A DNA stretch of 64,000 nucleotides, taken from contig NC_088858.1 of the NCBI RefSeq assembly GCF_963853765.1, positions 4,960,001 to 5,024,000 on the forward strand. The letters run 5' to 3'. The notes under the pieces were generated by a model. The model was not told the DNA's origin, did not search any database, and saw only the letters and a program-made list of their open reading frames with translations. The position numbers and the translations under genes were made by a program. Every line of letters begins with the position of its first letter. The first letter of the stretch is position 1. The stretch is from Magallana gigas (taxonomy: Eukaryota). Of the stretch, positions 32,621-46,100 are shown in pieces.

Positions 32621-33679
32621 CCCGGCCTGTGAGGTGTCCAGTGTTATGTGTGCGTTCTGTCTGTATCCCATGGTCTGTTGGAGAACGATCCAGTGCTTGC
32701 CTGAGAATGGTCAGATTGCAAACACCTGTTCTTCCAAAGGAGGAACAGATTATCTAGATCTTTATATATAGAGAAAAAGTTGCTCTGAATTTCAGATACA
32801 CAAGCAGTGTGAATTTTTACATCTTTGTAGATAACAGCCATTGTTGCTCGAACCCCATTTAATTCAGTGGAAAAAATCTTCCCTATAAATCGCTATATTA
32901 TAATTATGAAATTGTTAGAGCAGGGACGTATATATAGTATATAGGTCCCTGGTTAGAGTAAGTGCTAAATAAAGTCGGGTTCGGTATTCACTTGTGTATT
33001 ACCAGAGCAAAGTTTCAACAAAATTTCATCATTTAATAACGATAAAACGGAATTTAAAAGTTACTAGTTTCGTTACTGAAGGTAGGTCACATTAGGATAA
33101 ATTGTATTTCATATTAGACTCAGTTAGTGTTCAATAACACGTGTTTTACAGTTTTTATTCCGAATTTCCTTGGGCAATGTACACATGATGATTAGTCGAT
33201 TACATACACGTTCTCTTTATCAGTTACCACGTCTTATTTTGTTTGTTCATAAATTTCATACCCAAAACTAGTCAATTTGTACAACTGCTATCAAATGTTC
33301 ACTGTTAAAAATATGTAAATTATGATGATTGACATTCAAAGTGAAATATAAACATATAATTGTGCAATTTTATCATACACTAACAAAACAATTCATTTGT
33401 AACTATACTCTGCTACCGAGCCCCTGTACTCTGTCCCAAGTTGTCACAAGATCTCAGTTGTACGAATGAGATTCAACTTATTCCCCCATTACCCTCCCAA
33501 CAACCATCACCACCACCCTACATTGAACATTAATATTACATTAACATCTGGATCAGAACTGCCTTATAAAGCCTTGCTTGATGAAAATTGAAAATGCTTC
33601 ACCAGTTTGTTCAGCTTGACGCTTTCAATGTTCTTGATATTTCCATTTATGATTTTATGATTTAAGATGAACTGCTGAG

Positions 33680-35028
33680 ATGTCTAAAGCCACAAAAAGA
33701 AAACATGTCACCAAAGAAGTCCTAGATGAATTCATTTTGCCAACAGAAAATCAACAAGTTGTTAGGGTAAGTATTGGCTTAGTATCAATTAAGCAAAATG
33801 TAAATAATACCTATCAATTTTGTATGGACTAACAGAAGGTGTTATTCTGTAGGTGACTGCTGGCAGGGGAAACAACCTTCATGAAGTGGAAACTGCCAAG
33901 AAGGAAAGGTTCCTTGTTAGTATGCCCACAAGGTTTAGAAAAAATGTCTGGATCAAAAGAGGTAAGCTGTAGTCTTTGTACATAATTATTCTCATGAATA
34001 CCATATTTGAAATGAATTTTGAAAAAAAAAACAGATGCCAAACAACCCTAATTTAAAGTTTTAAAAATCTTTACTCTGGTCATGAACTTGCTTTACCCTA
34101 ATCATAGTTATATTTTTTTCCCTGCTTTTTTCTATAATAAAGAAAGATTCTGCAAAAGTTTTACAATTGTCACGTTTATACACTTCAAATCATGTAAATT
34201 AGTTTATATATTTCATCATACTACCCCGACAAATGCGTAAATTTACTGTAAAATAATTGAAGCATGCTTCCCTATCGCCATCTTGGACTAGTGTAAAGTG
34301 CGTTACCCTAGTCCGTTTCTACACAGTGTAGTTGTAGCACATTGTACTCAATCACTATCCACATGTAAGATAGTTATTCCTGTATGGTTGTTAAACAGTA
34401 AGAAAAATTTAAACCTGTTAAGGTTTTTAAAATATTTTAATCTTTATTTGATACAAAGACTCATATAACGACTGCAATTAAGATAGCTTTCCATAAAAGA
34501 TGTGATGACAATAAATTTCGTGCAGATAACTCTTACAAATATTTGAGTTTACGTTGATTCCTGCTTACAATTTAGACTACCTTAAAGCTGTGATATTTTT
34601 TATTATATAGGTGATTTTGTACTTGTTGAGCCTATTGAGGAAGGTGAAAAGGTGAAGGCAGAAATAATAAGCATACTGTATAAAGATCAAATCAAGTATA
34701 TCCAGGAGGAAGGCAAATGGTAAGATATTTCCTATATTTCCTTGTGAATATCTAATGCAACTATCAAATTTGATTCCCCTTATAGTGATGATTTATTGGT
34801 ACTGAAAGATTCTCTCTAGAACACTACATCCCTCTCATGTGTTGTAGGCCACCAGAGTTTGCTGTGAAGGAAAGCAACCCAGATGAGGGAATTCCAGCAG
34901 ACATGTTACCCCCTAGTGATGATGAAGATGAGGAGGGGGAGTTAACTGTTGTTAATGCTAACCGGAGACAAATTGCAATGTATGAGGAGAGTGAAGAGGA
35001 AAGTGAAGAGGATGAAGAAGAACGCTAA
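33680..35028 (+). CDS. EIF1AD: Probable RNA-binding protein EIF1AD (eIF1A-like OB fold), four coding exons
   Basis: [29 protein letters not shown]|[14 protein letters not shown]...[18 protein letters not shown]|[18 protein letters not shown]...|W|PPEF...[12 protein letters not shown]...NRR...[10 protein letters not shown]. Confidence 0.92.
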
Positions 35029-35187
35029 AGATATAAACAGATTGTGATTGATTAAAGAAGTCTATTGATTCAAAATTTATTGTTAAAGAGCACAGATATG
35101 ATGATTACATTTTTGGGGGATATCATTTTCTATTAAATATAAACAGCATTTCAGTATAATGGTTGCATACACATTTAAACATATAAA

Positions 35188-35741
35188 TCATGGGGATCCC
35201 TCTTGAGGCCAATTTAGCATCTTCAGAATTCCGTACCGGCCGCGACACCTAGGCCCAGGGCCATAGCGTCCGTACTTCTCCAACTGACACTCCTTCCTAG
35301 ACGACCTCCAGCCGATCTGCTGGGTGGAGGTCATTGGGAAGCCAGTCCTAGGGCGAGGCGGGTGGATGGGGGGAAGTTTGAGACCCCTGGTCACTGAACC
35401 GCTCTGTGTGGGGGGCTGGTACTGGTGATGCTTCAGCTGCCAGCTCAACTGAAACAGTTACCGAATTATTTGTTTATACTTCTTTGCAATGGAATAAAGT
35501 TTTGATTAAAACCTGTTCGTATTGTCAATTTTTGTATTGTTAATGATAATAAATGTGCATACATAAAGAGCAGAATAAATAAAGTTGCAAGTTGATTATA
35601 CATGTACATACACTTGATGTTTTACATTGATAAAAAGTATAGAATAAAACCCTTACTAATTTATATTCTTGTACTAAATATCCCCATCTTTTAGGCCATA
35701 TTCGTCTTTGGGATATTGATTCATGCCTTACGTGGTCTTTC
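35188..35741 (-). CDS. CIMIP1: C20orf85/CIMIP1-family ciliary microtubule inner protein; last two coding exons (35741-35657, 35448-35188), first coding exon not resolved
   Basis: (W)KDHVRHESISQRRIWPKRWGYL...LPPI...FPMTSTQQIGWRS...LNWPQEGSP* resembles the family motifs I recall (WPxxWGFL, PxTTxxxIGWRS, LxWPxxG). Confidence 0.72.
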
Positions 35742-37043
35742 CTGGTAAAATGAAACAAATCTTACGTAAAACTGTTGTGCAGAAATCAGTTGTATGGGAC
35801 TTGTCAATACGAATTTTTTATGACAATTAATTTAACAGTATACAAACCAATACATGTAATATAAAATGAACGTCTCGATGTGATTCAAAAGGCCGAGGCA
35901 AATATTGACCAAAATGTACGATTTCAGACGAAGCGGTTGATCAATCTATTAACCAATGGTAGATTGGATTTAGCGGAAAGAACGCCGTAAAATCAGTGTT
36001 TGGTTCACAGAGTTCAAATTCTGCAGCAACAATGTTCACAACTTTAAATATACAAGAGTACTCGTACTTCAGTTGAATATATAAACAATATGTAGTTTGT
36101 CCAGCTCAATCTGATTGTAAGAAAATCAAGTATACCTTGTAGATATTCTAATATAGCTCGCCAGCATTGTAAATTTAACAGATATATTATCAATCAATCA
36201 TTACGATTAAGGGTTCTCGACACCCCGTGACTGTTACATTTTTTATAACAGTACGTCACAGCATGAGGATTTCAGCCAATTGTGATATTGTTCATTTTGC
36301 CAATACTGGGTGTAGCGCAATAGGTACTGTAAGACTTTGGTCTAATGACCCACAGGTTTGGAGTTCGAATACAACAGGGACCCTTATTATTAAGATGATA
36401 CCCCCCCCCTCGAAAAAAAAATAAATCTCCAAACAATGTATATTTAACGTAACATCATTTTGTAACCCTTAAATATGTTAAATGATTTGAACCGGTATAT
36501 ACGTACCAAAAACTTCAAATAGCGCCACTTTTGTTACATGTACATAGAATGGGCCTTTGCTTCATATTTAAGGTCTAATGGAAAGTGAACCATTTTCAAT
36601 CAACAAAAACTCGGAGAGATGCCCACAATATTTGTTGTGATTGAAATGGCTCAGTGGTTAGAGTACCAGACTTACTAGGTAACCTAATAAAACTACATGT
36701 ATTGCTGTAAACGTTTAGTATTTGGCGAGTACAATATTTAGCGTAAAGTAATTTTTGAACAAGTTGGCGATAATTTGAATTAGCGTATTCCTGAATCTGA
36801 TTATTTTTATACATATATGAATTGCATTTAGCGATGTACTTGACTTAGCGGAAGCCGCATTCCGCCAAAAACGCTAAATAGAACACACAGCCAAATGTAA
36901 TACGTTTACAGTATTTTAGGTTGAGGGTTTGTTACCACATAAAACATGTCTTTTCTTTGTGTTAATTAAATTTTCACACTCCAAAATATGTTTCGATGCG
37001 AGTTGATATTTAATATTAAAGGGAATATCCACTGAAAGGTTGC

Positions 37044-37169
37044 GATAGTACAGGCAGTAAAGGAGATGGAGGAATAAAATGATGGAGGATAGTACAGGCA
37101 GTAAAGGAGATGGAGGAATAAAATGATGGAGGATAGTACAGGCAGTAAAGGAGATGGAGGAATAAAATG
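37044..37169. repeat. 44-bp tandem repeat, ~2.8 copies
   Basis: GATAGTACAGGCAGTAAAGGAGATGGAGGAATAAAATGATGGAG starts at 37044, 37088 and 37132. Confidence 0.9.
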
Positions 37170-38984
37170 GCTCAAATGTAAATGTAAATTCAATGATAAA
37201 ATACAAATTCAAAATTAGAGGGTTTTTTCAATAAAATCTATTTATGATAAAATAAAATTGTTTTGCAAAATCAAAGTGTCTACCCAAAGGGAGTTTCAAT
37301 ATACTTTATATGCATGCTGAAACCACCTATATTCCATATTTAGGTTAAATATTGGTACATGTCAAGAAGTAATTGATTTGATGTAATTCGTTTTCTTTGA
37401 TCATTGGTTTTCTTTGATCATTAAAATCTTTTTTAAAAATCTGCTGCAGTAATGAATGATAATCAACAAGCAAACAAACAAAATCCAATAAATATATTGG
37501 TTTGGTGCTGTAGCACGCAGATTCTTCAATGGTAGTTTTAAAACAAGCCCTAAAAATCTTGTTCATGGTGGATATTGTTTTGAAAATATAACTACATTTC
37601 ATTCGGTGATATTATATTTTCAGTCACTAAGTGTTTTTTAAACCATGTTTTTGGGTAAATATATTTACCTTCAACTTTTCAGTTTGATTTGTTCCCCACA
37701 CGAATGTTTAACCCCCTTTTTTAAAATACCAGGTATTTCATACTTTTCATAAAACAAACTTAGAATCAAAACCTTCTAGCCAAAACTGTTATTTCTCTAT
37801 GACAATGTATTATCATTGTCATATACTTTAGTATCTACAAAATGTTCGATAATCAAAAAAGCATCGTATCTGGAATGATCCTTTGCAGACTTTCTAATCC
37901 ATGAACAATTAATCAACTTTTAAAATATTTTGAAAACCTACCATATCTCGTCGTTGTGAACAAAATTAATATGATTTTTCAAAACGTTCGAAGATGCTGC
38001 CATGTTATTGCATTTGTGACGACTTAGTTATTTATGACGTCACAATGTTAGAAACGCCATTCGCAAGGCAATGACGTCACAATACTAGAAACATCATTCG
38101 ATACTCCTAACAAACTTCCGTGTTCTCCCTCAATAAAAAAAACCTCGCGTTTTCATATTGTTCATTTTGAAATTACTGTTTGGGTTTTAAAACAAGTTAA
38201 CGATGTAAAAAGCTTTTATTTTGTAAACTTTGTGTTTACCTCAAGTCAAACCGATATGACGAACTGAAACTGTGCCGATGAAGCTGCATGAATCTACTAA
38301 TATAGTTATACTATAAAGTTATGTAACAGGGGTCCTATTTGATAAATGATGACACTTACGGGTTCGTTAATATAATTTATTCAGCATAGTTATGTTTTAA
38401 AAATCACCCTGTTTATGGAACAGTAAGGCTCAAATATACATGTATATATTTACTGAATCACTTTATTTCATTATTTAATTAAATATTATCTTTATTCATT
38501 ATGTTTACATGTTGATAAAATAATACATAACGTTATTGCTGGTCAAAATAAATTGACACGTAGCTCTGAATGTTGTAAATTAATTAAAACGAAGCTACAT
38601 GTTTACAAATGTACAATTATGAAATTTTACCTTTGAATTATACGAAATATACCGACTATAATGTAAATAATTAAATCCTTAAGAAAAGGGACGAATGCCT
38701 CTTCTTTATCAATTTCATCGACAATACGCGATCCTTCCAAGGTGTGTATATTAAGTGGGTTGTGTCCAATTTTTTTTCAGTAAAATTAACAATATTAGAG
38801 ACAATATTAAAGGACTAAACCATTTTATCAATGTTATTTTATTTCCAAAATTCAACTTCATAATACAGTATATGTACGATATATGCTATAGTGACAAACA
38901 AATGTACTTATATGCATGAACTAATGTTGCAAAAAGATATAATGAAACCCATAACAGGGTCAAACAGCTGCAGGAAGAAATTGC

Positions 38985-41204
38985 TCACACATGTTTTGTC
39001 GAACACAAAACTGAAACAAGAACAGACACAGTGAGCAGTTGCAATAACGTTAGTCTAAGTTGGTGTTGCGATGTCCCAGCGTTGATCTGGTTAAACGGAG
39101 GACACGGATAGTCCCTAGCCAGGAGCTCAGCCTCGTACACCACCGCACCAAACGGCCAGTCTGAAAGTCCATAGATATATACATATATAACATGTAGTTA
39201 CAATTTAATCGCGATTCCGGGAATTGAGCAATTTTACAAACTGAAGCAAGAGGATGGAATGATCGACAAATGTACCAATTTATGTTATAAATCAGATTTT
39301 TTTTCATTATTACAAATGTCCGCTTAATCTTACTCAAGGATTTTCCGTTGATATCTTTAAAAGAATAAATCCTCTTTGTGTTCACCGGAAATCCATAAGA
39401 AAAGGTAAGCAACTCTGTAATGTACAGCGCCATCATACAAGTATTGGAGCCAAATTCTGGAGGAACATTATACACAGATGCCGCATCATCTATAGTCTTC
39501 ATTGAAAAGAGAGAGGTAAAAAGTACTAGAGGATATCATGGCAAATTAAAATGTTTAAAATCTTCATTCATTTTGTTATCGATTGATACAAAATTAAAAA
39601 GATGCCATGTTGCCTTACCTTACTGCAATAGATATGTGCAGTTTTATTCAGCTTGTCAATATCAAGCCTCCCTGAAGAATCTGTAGCTTTCAAATCAGAT
39701 GCTACGAAGGCAAAAACAGCAACGGCATAGAATATGTCTGACCCAACGGAAGGCTGATAAATGGAGCCTATTGCACATGGCTTGGGATAACACGTGTCGT
39801 AAGAAAGTCTTAGAAAGTTTGATATGATCGTAAGGCACTCGGAGGGAGAACTGGATCCCCGGAATATCACAGTGGTGTTCCCGTACTCGTAACTGTAATT
39901 GTCATCTGAAACATACAGAATATACGAGTAAAATTCTCCAATGAATCAACACTATAAAAAGATCAGCCCCGAGACAGATAAGGAGGCTGATGGTCAAAAA
40001 ATTACCCATCAGCTCTACATATTAATATAAGTTTAAGACCTAAAATACCATACCTATTATTTAATAAAAAAAAATAAGCGTTCAAGTAAAATTTGAATAT
40101 TTTCCTATATCTTTATACAGAGTTTTCTTCTCAAGGAGATAAATATAGACTTAATATGGTTACAACCATTGAGCCCTCTTAACAGTTGGACAACACAACA
40201 ACTTTAACAAATACTAGTAACATGTTACCAGTGTGAGCTCTTACTCTTTAAAGAACAGGGATTAAGGATGTCGTAAACTTGTGGGTTCTGTTGTATGAGG
40301 TAATCTTTTACTCTCCTTTCCATGTAATCTTTTCCAAAATTCAAATAACTGTGAGAATATAGATTATATATTCTTCCAGAGATTCGAAGTGTAAACATAT
40401 GAGCTAGGAGAGGCCCGTCGGGTAAAAAGGTTATCTGCGTGGATCCGCCTCCCATTTCTAGGACGCCAACTGCTTTTGATAAGGATCTGAAAATGAAATG
40501 AAATGCATTTAACCGATTTTTAAATGAAAACGTCACATAACCCTTGTCAAACTGCTTTTCATCATAGACTAAAGATGACTTACTGGTGAGAAGAAAAAAA
40601 TCCATTATGATAGTTAGCAGTAATCCAAGCGAACACACCCTCCTCCTCGCCAGAGAGAATTCGGACACTCCTTTCACTATACACAAACCCGTGGTTCCTT
40701 TTGTCTGACAGTACATTTCGCACCATGTTCATCAAAGCAGTGGCCTTTTCTTCTTTTAAAAACCGGAGACCTAGTCATCATAGATAATTAAACTTATTCA
40801 TTAATTGATCATGTGATAAAGTTATAGTGTAATATTAGGAAGACCACGATAATTTGAACATCTGTGCATTATAACTTACCTGCAGTTGCCAGAAGATAGA
40901 TATGGGTTTTGTTATGACTACTGGAAGGCACTTGTGATTCGGCAATAGAGGTTATATTGAGAAGATACTTCGGAAGTAAATCTAAACTATCCTGAAATGA
41001 ACTCAATGAAGGTTTTATTCTTTGTGAAAAGGTCTCTGTTATTTGTAGCGTGGATGAAGTGGATTTTCGTTCCGGCCATGAATACACCCTGAGTTTGGTA
41101 CTAGAACTCCCGGCATCAAGCATGACACTATAGCGAACCGACACGGCGCATGCCCTGTCCACAAGGAAAAGGGTAGCCATACTGAATATGACATATGTAG
41201 TCAT
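38985..41204 (-). CDS. GDA1/CD39-family ecto-nucleoside triphosphate diphosphohydrolase (apyrase), six coding exons, with signal peptide and hydrophobic C-terminal tail
   Basis: All five apyrase conserved regions are present after splicing: ACR1 LDAGSSST, ACR2 LATAGLR, ACR3 LSGEEEGVFAWITANY, ACR4 LEMGGGSTQ, ACR5 NWPFGA. N-terminus MTTYVIFSMATLFLVDRACA. Ends INAGTSQHQLRLTLLQLLTVSVLVSVLCSTKHV* (stop 38985-38987). Confidence 0.92.
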
Positions 41205-41278
41205 TTCCTGTAAGAGAAGATTTTAAATATTCAAATTGCTTTCCATCTTAAGAAACATAATACCTATTATGTGCTTAA

Positions 41279-42056
41279 AGCTATACACGCTATAATTTGC
41301 GTCAATTTTGAATAAAGGGGAAAATGTATGTGTTTGATTACTAATAAAAGTTACCTTTATTCTGTTAATTATAATGCTCAATTCGATCACGTAACAAGTA
41401 TATCAACAAATATTTATTTTCCTGCCAGGAAAGTAATGCCTCCTCGTGAATATCAATCTATCACGTGATATCGACAGCTAAATTTAGCCTATCATAACAA
41501 AACTGGTGAAGGGTCAACATCTTCATAATTGTGATAGTTTCACAAAGGAAAGGATATTTTCAGTAAAGCATAAATTTGTCCCATATACGAGTACAAACAA
41601 AAGAAAAAAATACAAGCCTGTGAGTAGATATGAATACTTCCTTTAAAAAAATGACGTAGACCTGTGTTTTTCCCCTATGTGCTATTTATAGATCCTATAA
41701 GTAAGGGTATCGTGAATGACAAGCGTATTTTACTCATTATACATGTATGTATTTCAATTTAACAACTGTTAAGCAATTAAAAAATCAAGTTGGATATTTA
41801 ATTAGGCAAACAATAACGACCACCTAGTTCTCCGCGGACATGCGCAATCAGGTCGGTTTGCTCTTCCTTCATCAATATTCATGAAAATGTATATTTTCCT
41901 GGCAGGAAAATAAACAATTAAAAATCTATATCTTTGTAACGATCGAGATGGAATTCACCCTTGTAAATTACAGATTAAGGATAACTTTTATAAGTAGACA
42001 AACACATGCGTTTTCACTGTCATTCAAAATTGACGCAAATTATAGCGTGTATAGCT
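41279..42056. mobile_element. Kolobok-like MITE with TTAA target duplication, in the first intron of the NTPDase gene
   Basis: TIR AGCTATACACGCTATAATTTGCGTCAATTTTGAAT and its exact reverse complement ending at 42056; TTAA at 41275-41278 and 42057-42060. AG...CT ends favour Kolobok over piggyBac. Confidence 0.82.
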
Positions 42057-42199
42057 TTAAAACAAGTAGTATACAGTGCTGAAATAATTTTCTTATAGAA
42101 TCATTTTAACATAAACTTGGACCTTTCGTAGGACGACTATCTATTTCTTGCGGTTACTGGTCTAACTATTTTTGCTTCTAGAGAATCCTTGTATTTTGA

Positions 42200-43100
42200 A
42201 ACCACACTCAAAGGTTAAATATAATGTATAAATCCACAATAACTTAGTTCCTGACTATATGTCAGATATTGTACAGGATATGCGATGTAATGCATCTGCA
42301 TATTTTACGAGAAACTCGCAGAACTACAATATACCCGTGTATAGACTGCAAATTTATAAATCATCATTTGTTCCAACTGTGGTCAATGAATGGAATCCCT
42401 TACCTTTGGATACCAGAGATTCGAGTTCGTTATTCTTATTTAAAAACAAAATTTCCAAAATCTCTAACAGTAGCTCCACCTTATTTCAGTTATGGGAAAC
42501 GACGGACTAATATTTTACACACAAGACTCCGTCAAAATTGTGCGCTAAACAGAGATATTTATAGATGCAATATTATATCAAGCTCTCTTTGTTCATGTGG
42601 AAATATTGAAGACGCAGATCACTTCTTTTTTCTCTTGTCCTAAGTATACTACTGTTAGGGAAGAGTTCTTTAATACATTTCCTAGATTTGGCAAAATTCG
42701 TATTCTGGACTCTCGTTCCTTACTTTGGGGAGACAACTCACTCAGTGCGGATGAAAATGAATACCTTTTTCCAATTGTTCAAATTTATATTCAAGGTACT
42801 GGCAGATTTGAATAATCACAAATCTGAGTATTTTTGTTGATAACATTTTGCTTATTTTTAGTTAGCCTATTTATCTCGTTCATCCTTGCATACATGTAAC
42901 ACTAATGTTAAATAACGTTAACTTTCTTACTACATTTATCAAATATCTACGTACTGGTGTAATTTATTATTGTATAAGTACAAACTGAAGTGTATTTGCA
43001 ATAATATTATATTTGTTGTTCAACATGTAGGAAGAGGGAGAATTAAGTTTTTATGACTTGTGCCCAATCCCATTGTAATATATAATGCAATAAAAAATGT
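42200..43100 (+). pseudogene. Decayed 3' end of a CR1/L2-type LINE ORF2 plus 3'UTR
   Basis: Frameshifted pieces NYNIPVYRLQIYKSSFVPTVVNEWNPLP, NILHTRLRQNCALNRDIYRCNII..LCSCGNIEDADHFFF and CPKYTTVREEF are typical of the LINE ORF2 C-terminus. AATAAA and a short tail near 43087-43110. Confidence 0.75.
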
Positions 43101-46100
43101 TCAAATCAAATCGAAAGCCAGACAAATCTTGTTGATTTCAATGAGCCATGGCTGAGTGGCCAACGATGAAATAGACAAATAGACAGACTTACGTCATATT
43201 GCTGTTTGTCACAACAATGGTTCTAAAGGGTTAGACAAATATCGATTGAAAATCATCTAAACATATCGATTGAAAATCATCTAAACTAAGAGTATTCTTT
43301 TTGGTCCATATCACTTAGTGTTAATTTTTCGCTCTCGTTTGCGTTCTACTCGTTTAACTACTCGCCAAATTGCGTTCACCGTTTACAGACAGTTCACATG
43401 CCGTTCACACATCATTCGTTCAGTATTCGCTCACCTTTCGTTCAGTATTCGCTGACCGTTCGTTCAGCTTTCCCTACGTATTCGTTCAAAACGAAAACGT
43501 TTCAGGGACTGAAGAAAAACGTAGAGATCTCGGATGTTATGCGAAACAAAAAAGTTTTTTACACTAGCAAACAAAAAGCGTGATATGTTTGTAGTATTAT
43601 ATTTCAACTGGCACGACGATATTATTCACAAGGCAATATGGCGGTGGAAGCAAATACAAAGTTGGGGGGGGGGGGGTAAATCCAAAAAAAAAAGGTTAAA
43701 AAGAAAAATCCATTTGTGTCGCCAATCGTCAAAACCCTAATTCGGAAGGGGGGTGGGGGTTGGGGTGTAGCCATGGTGCATTGTAAAATTTAAAGATTTA
43801 AAGTACAATGTAGTAAGTCTGGTCAATGTTAGTTTATGAGGTTTACTCACTTCGTGGTGAAATTAAATCAGGGGCAGATCCAGGATTTGCTTTTAGAGGG
43901 GGTGCCAGAACTAGGCAGGGGGCAAAACCCTGGCGGGGGCCAGGAGGCGTAGCCCCCGGGAAGCTCCTGGATTCAAGAGATTTTGTTGGGTAAAAATAAA
44001 GTTTTCAAAGTTAGACTGTTGTGATATTTCTTCACAATTACAAAAATTAGTTTCCTGTTTCAACGACTTTATAGTTCAGGTTAGCGACGTAGCCAGACTA
44101 ATGAACATTCTCTTTGGATTTTTAAAAAATAATTTTTAGGAAATTATGACACATTGAAGTCTTTTTCATCGGATATAATATTGTGCATATTAAGTGTATA
44201 AAGATATTTATGAATTAACATAATTTTACTGTGTAATCGATTTGATTGACGAATACGTGAAATATGACACTAATTCTACATTCATTGTCTACTGTGTACA
44301 CAGTGTATTCATTTATCTAAACATGCTTTGAAAATCCATATCGATTGACCAGCGTTAAAACCATGTACATTTGAAGTCTATTTGCTAAATATAAATAAAA
44401 AGTTTGCAGTGAGGACCCCCCCCCCCCAAAAAAAAAACAACAAAAAAAACACCTGCAAAGAAACTACATTGAATTTTTTTTTTGTCTTAAAAAATTGGTA
44501 GATTTTTCTCGACTCTCAATCGAACCTTTTGTTTTGTACTTAAACGCTGTACATATTATATAGGAAATCGGTTGATAAATTCCGGGAACGAGAACAATCA
44601 AGAGTTTTACTGCCTATTACTACATGGAGGAAATCGAACCCAGAACGGCTAAGGGGACTTAGGGTTGGAGGACATCGAATTTACAGGGTCTTTTTACAAG
44701 GCTCTTTACATTGCCCTGCAAGTCATACAGAAAACAATTCAATACATGTGCTTGCAATTTCTGCAATATGAAACCAAAGTTACGTACATGGTATCTAAAA
44801 CATGTTCAGTCCGCTCCTATTCTACCATAAAAGCAACAAATTCCATAGTAATGTTGGAATAACATAGTTATCCCCATTTTACATCCTATACTACATCTCC
44901 AGCTCCTATATGTACTAGCGTCCACGAAATCAAGTGAAATCAATGAAGTTATAAACAAATTGGCCTCAACATTGTATTACAATTTTTTGGGGGGAATTTT
45001 TTAATGAAATATCCTTTTATTCTTCGGTTACCTGAAGCATTATTTATGTTGTCTGCATTAATTGTGTGTTTATACACACATACGATGGTTTGATTACAGG
45101 TAACATAAATTCAACGTCTCGTAATAATTGTTAACATAAAGAATGCGTAGGTAAGCTGTGTTTTATGATTAATATACGGCATTTGACCACTGCTGTTGTG
45201 CATTGATGAAAACCATCGAGCTCAAACAATTTCTGAAATGACCGAAATATAGATATTATCCTCGTCATTTTCTAAACTTGGGAAACGGTTGTTTTATCTT
45301 ATCACAAAGTCTAAGAAGCATACAGGTGCGCGGGATTTTAACAAAAGAATCTAGCTTACCTTTATTGCTGCAGGCTAACTGTACACTAGCAGGAGGCGAA
45401 CCAGTAATGGTATAAATGTAACATATACCACTGCTCTGGGGGAAGGGGTCGGGTTTACGACAATAACGATCAACCGTCTATAAACACTGTACATTTATTT
45501 ATACAGAGAGCGTCTTACAGCTGAGGCGGAGAAATCATGTTATAATCTGTAGGGAAATATCAAATTCTAGGAATGATAATAACAAGGTTTAGATAATTCA
45601 AGGAGCTTTTCACTTCTTGACTTGTATGTTTTGACTGTCCGCCATAACATTTAAATGCCATTTTTACTGGAGCAAGACTTGCATGTACAGATCTATTTCA
45701 ATTCCATCGTTGAAGCAGTCATGTATCTATACAATTGTAAGTAGCTTTGTCCGTCTGTCTGCGTCTTTTTATAATGACAACAATTGATACTTCGATTTAG
45801 GTCAAACAGATGCGGAGTGCCTTTTGGATGGGATCAGAGGATATACCGCGTATTATTGTGATACAGATTCCTTGAAACATCTCCTGGTTTTTATAAAGGT
45901 TGTTAAACTGGAAGAATCGGTTTTCTCCGTCAGAACATTTTTGTTTGATAGTGATGAAGATAATCGTGATTTAACAACTGGGGGGTTCAGCATTCGTTCT
46001 GTTCACTATGTCTACATTGTAATATCAGAGCTTTATCTTTGGACAATTCTTACAACGAACACCGAATTCTGAATAGGGTCTGATGTAGAAACCACAAATC

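Noticed and set aside
11407-41204. Idea that the Macro-TIR gene and the NTPDase form a nucleotide-signalling gene cluster
   Set aside because: They are ~16 kb apart with three unrelated genes between them; animal gene order rarely implies function and I have no synteny evidence.
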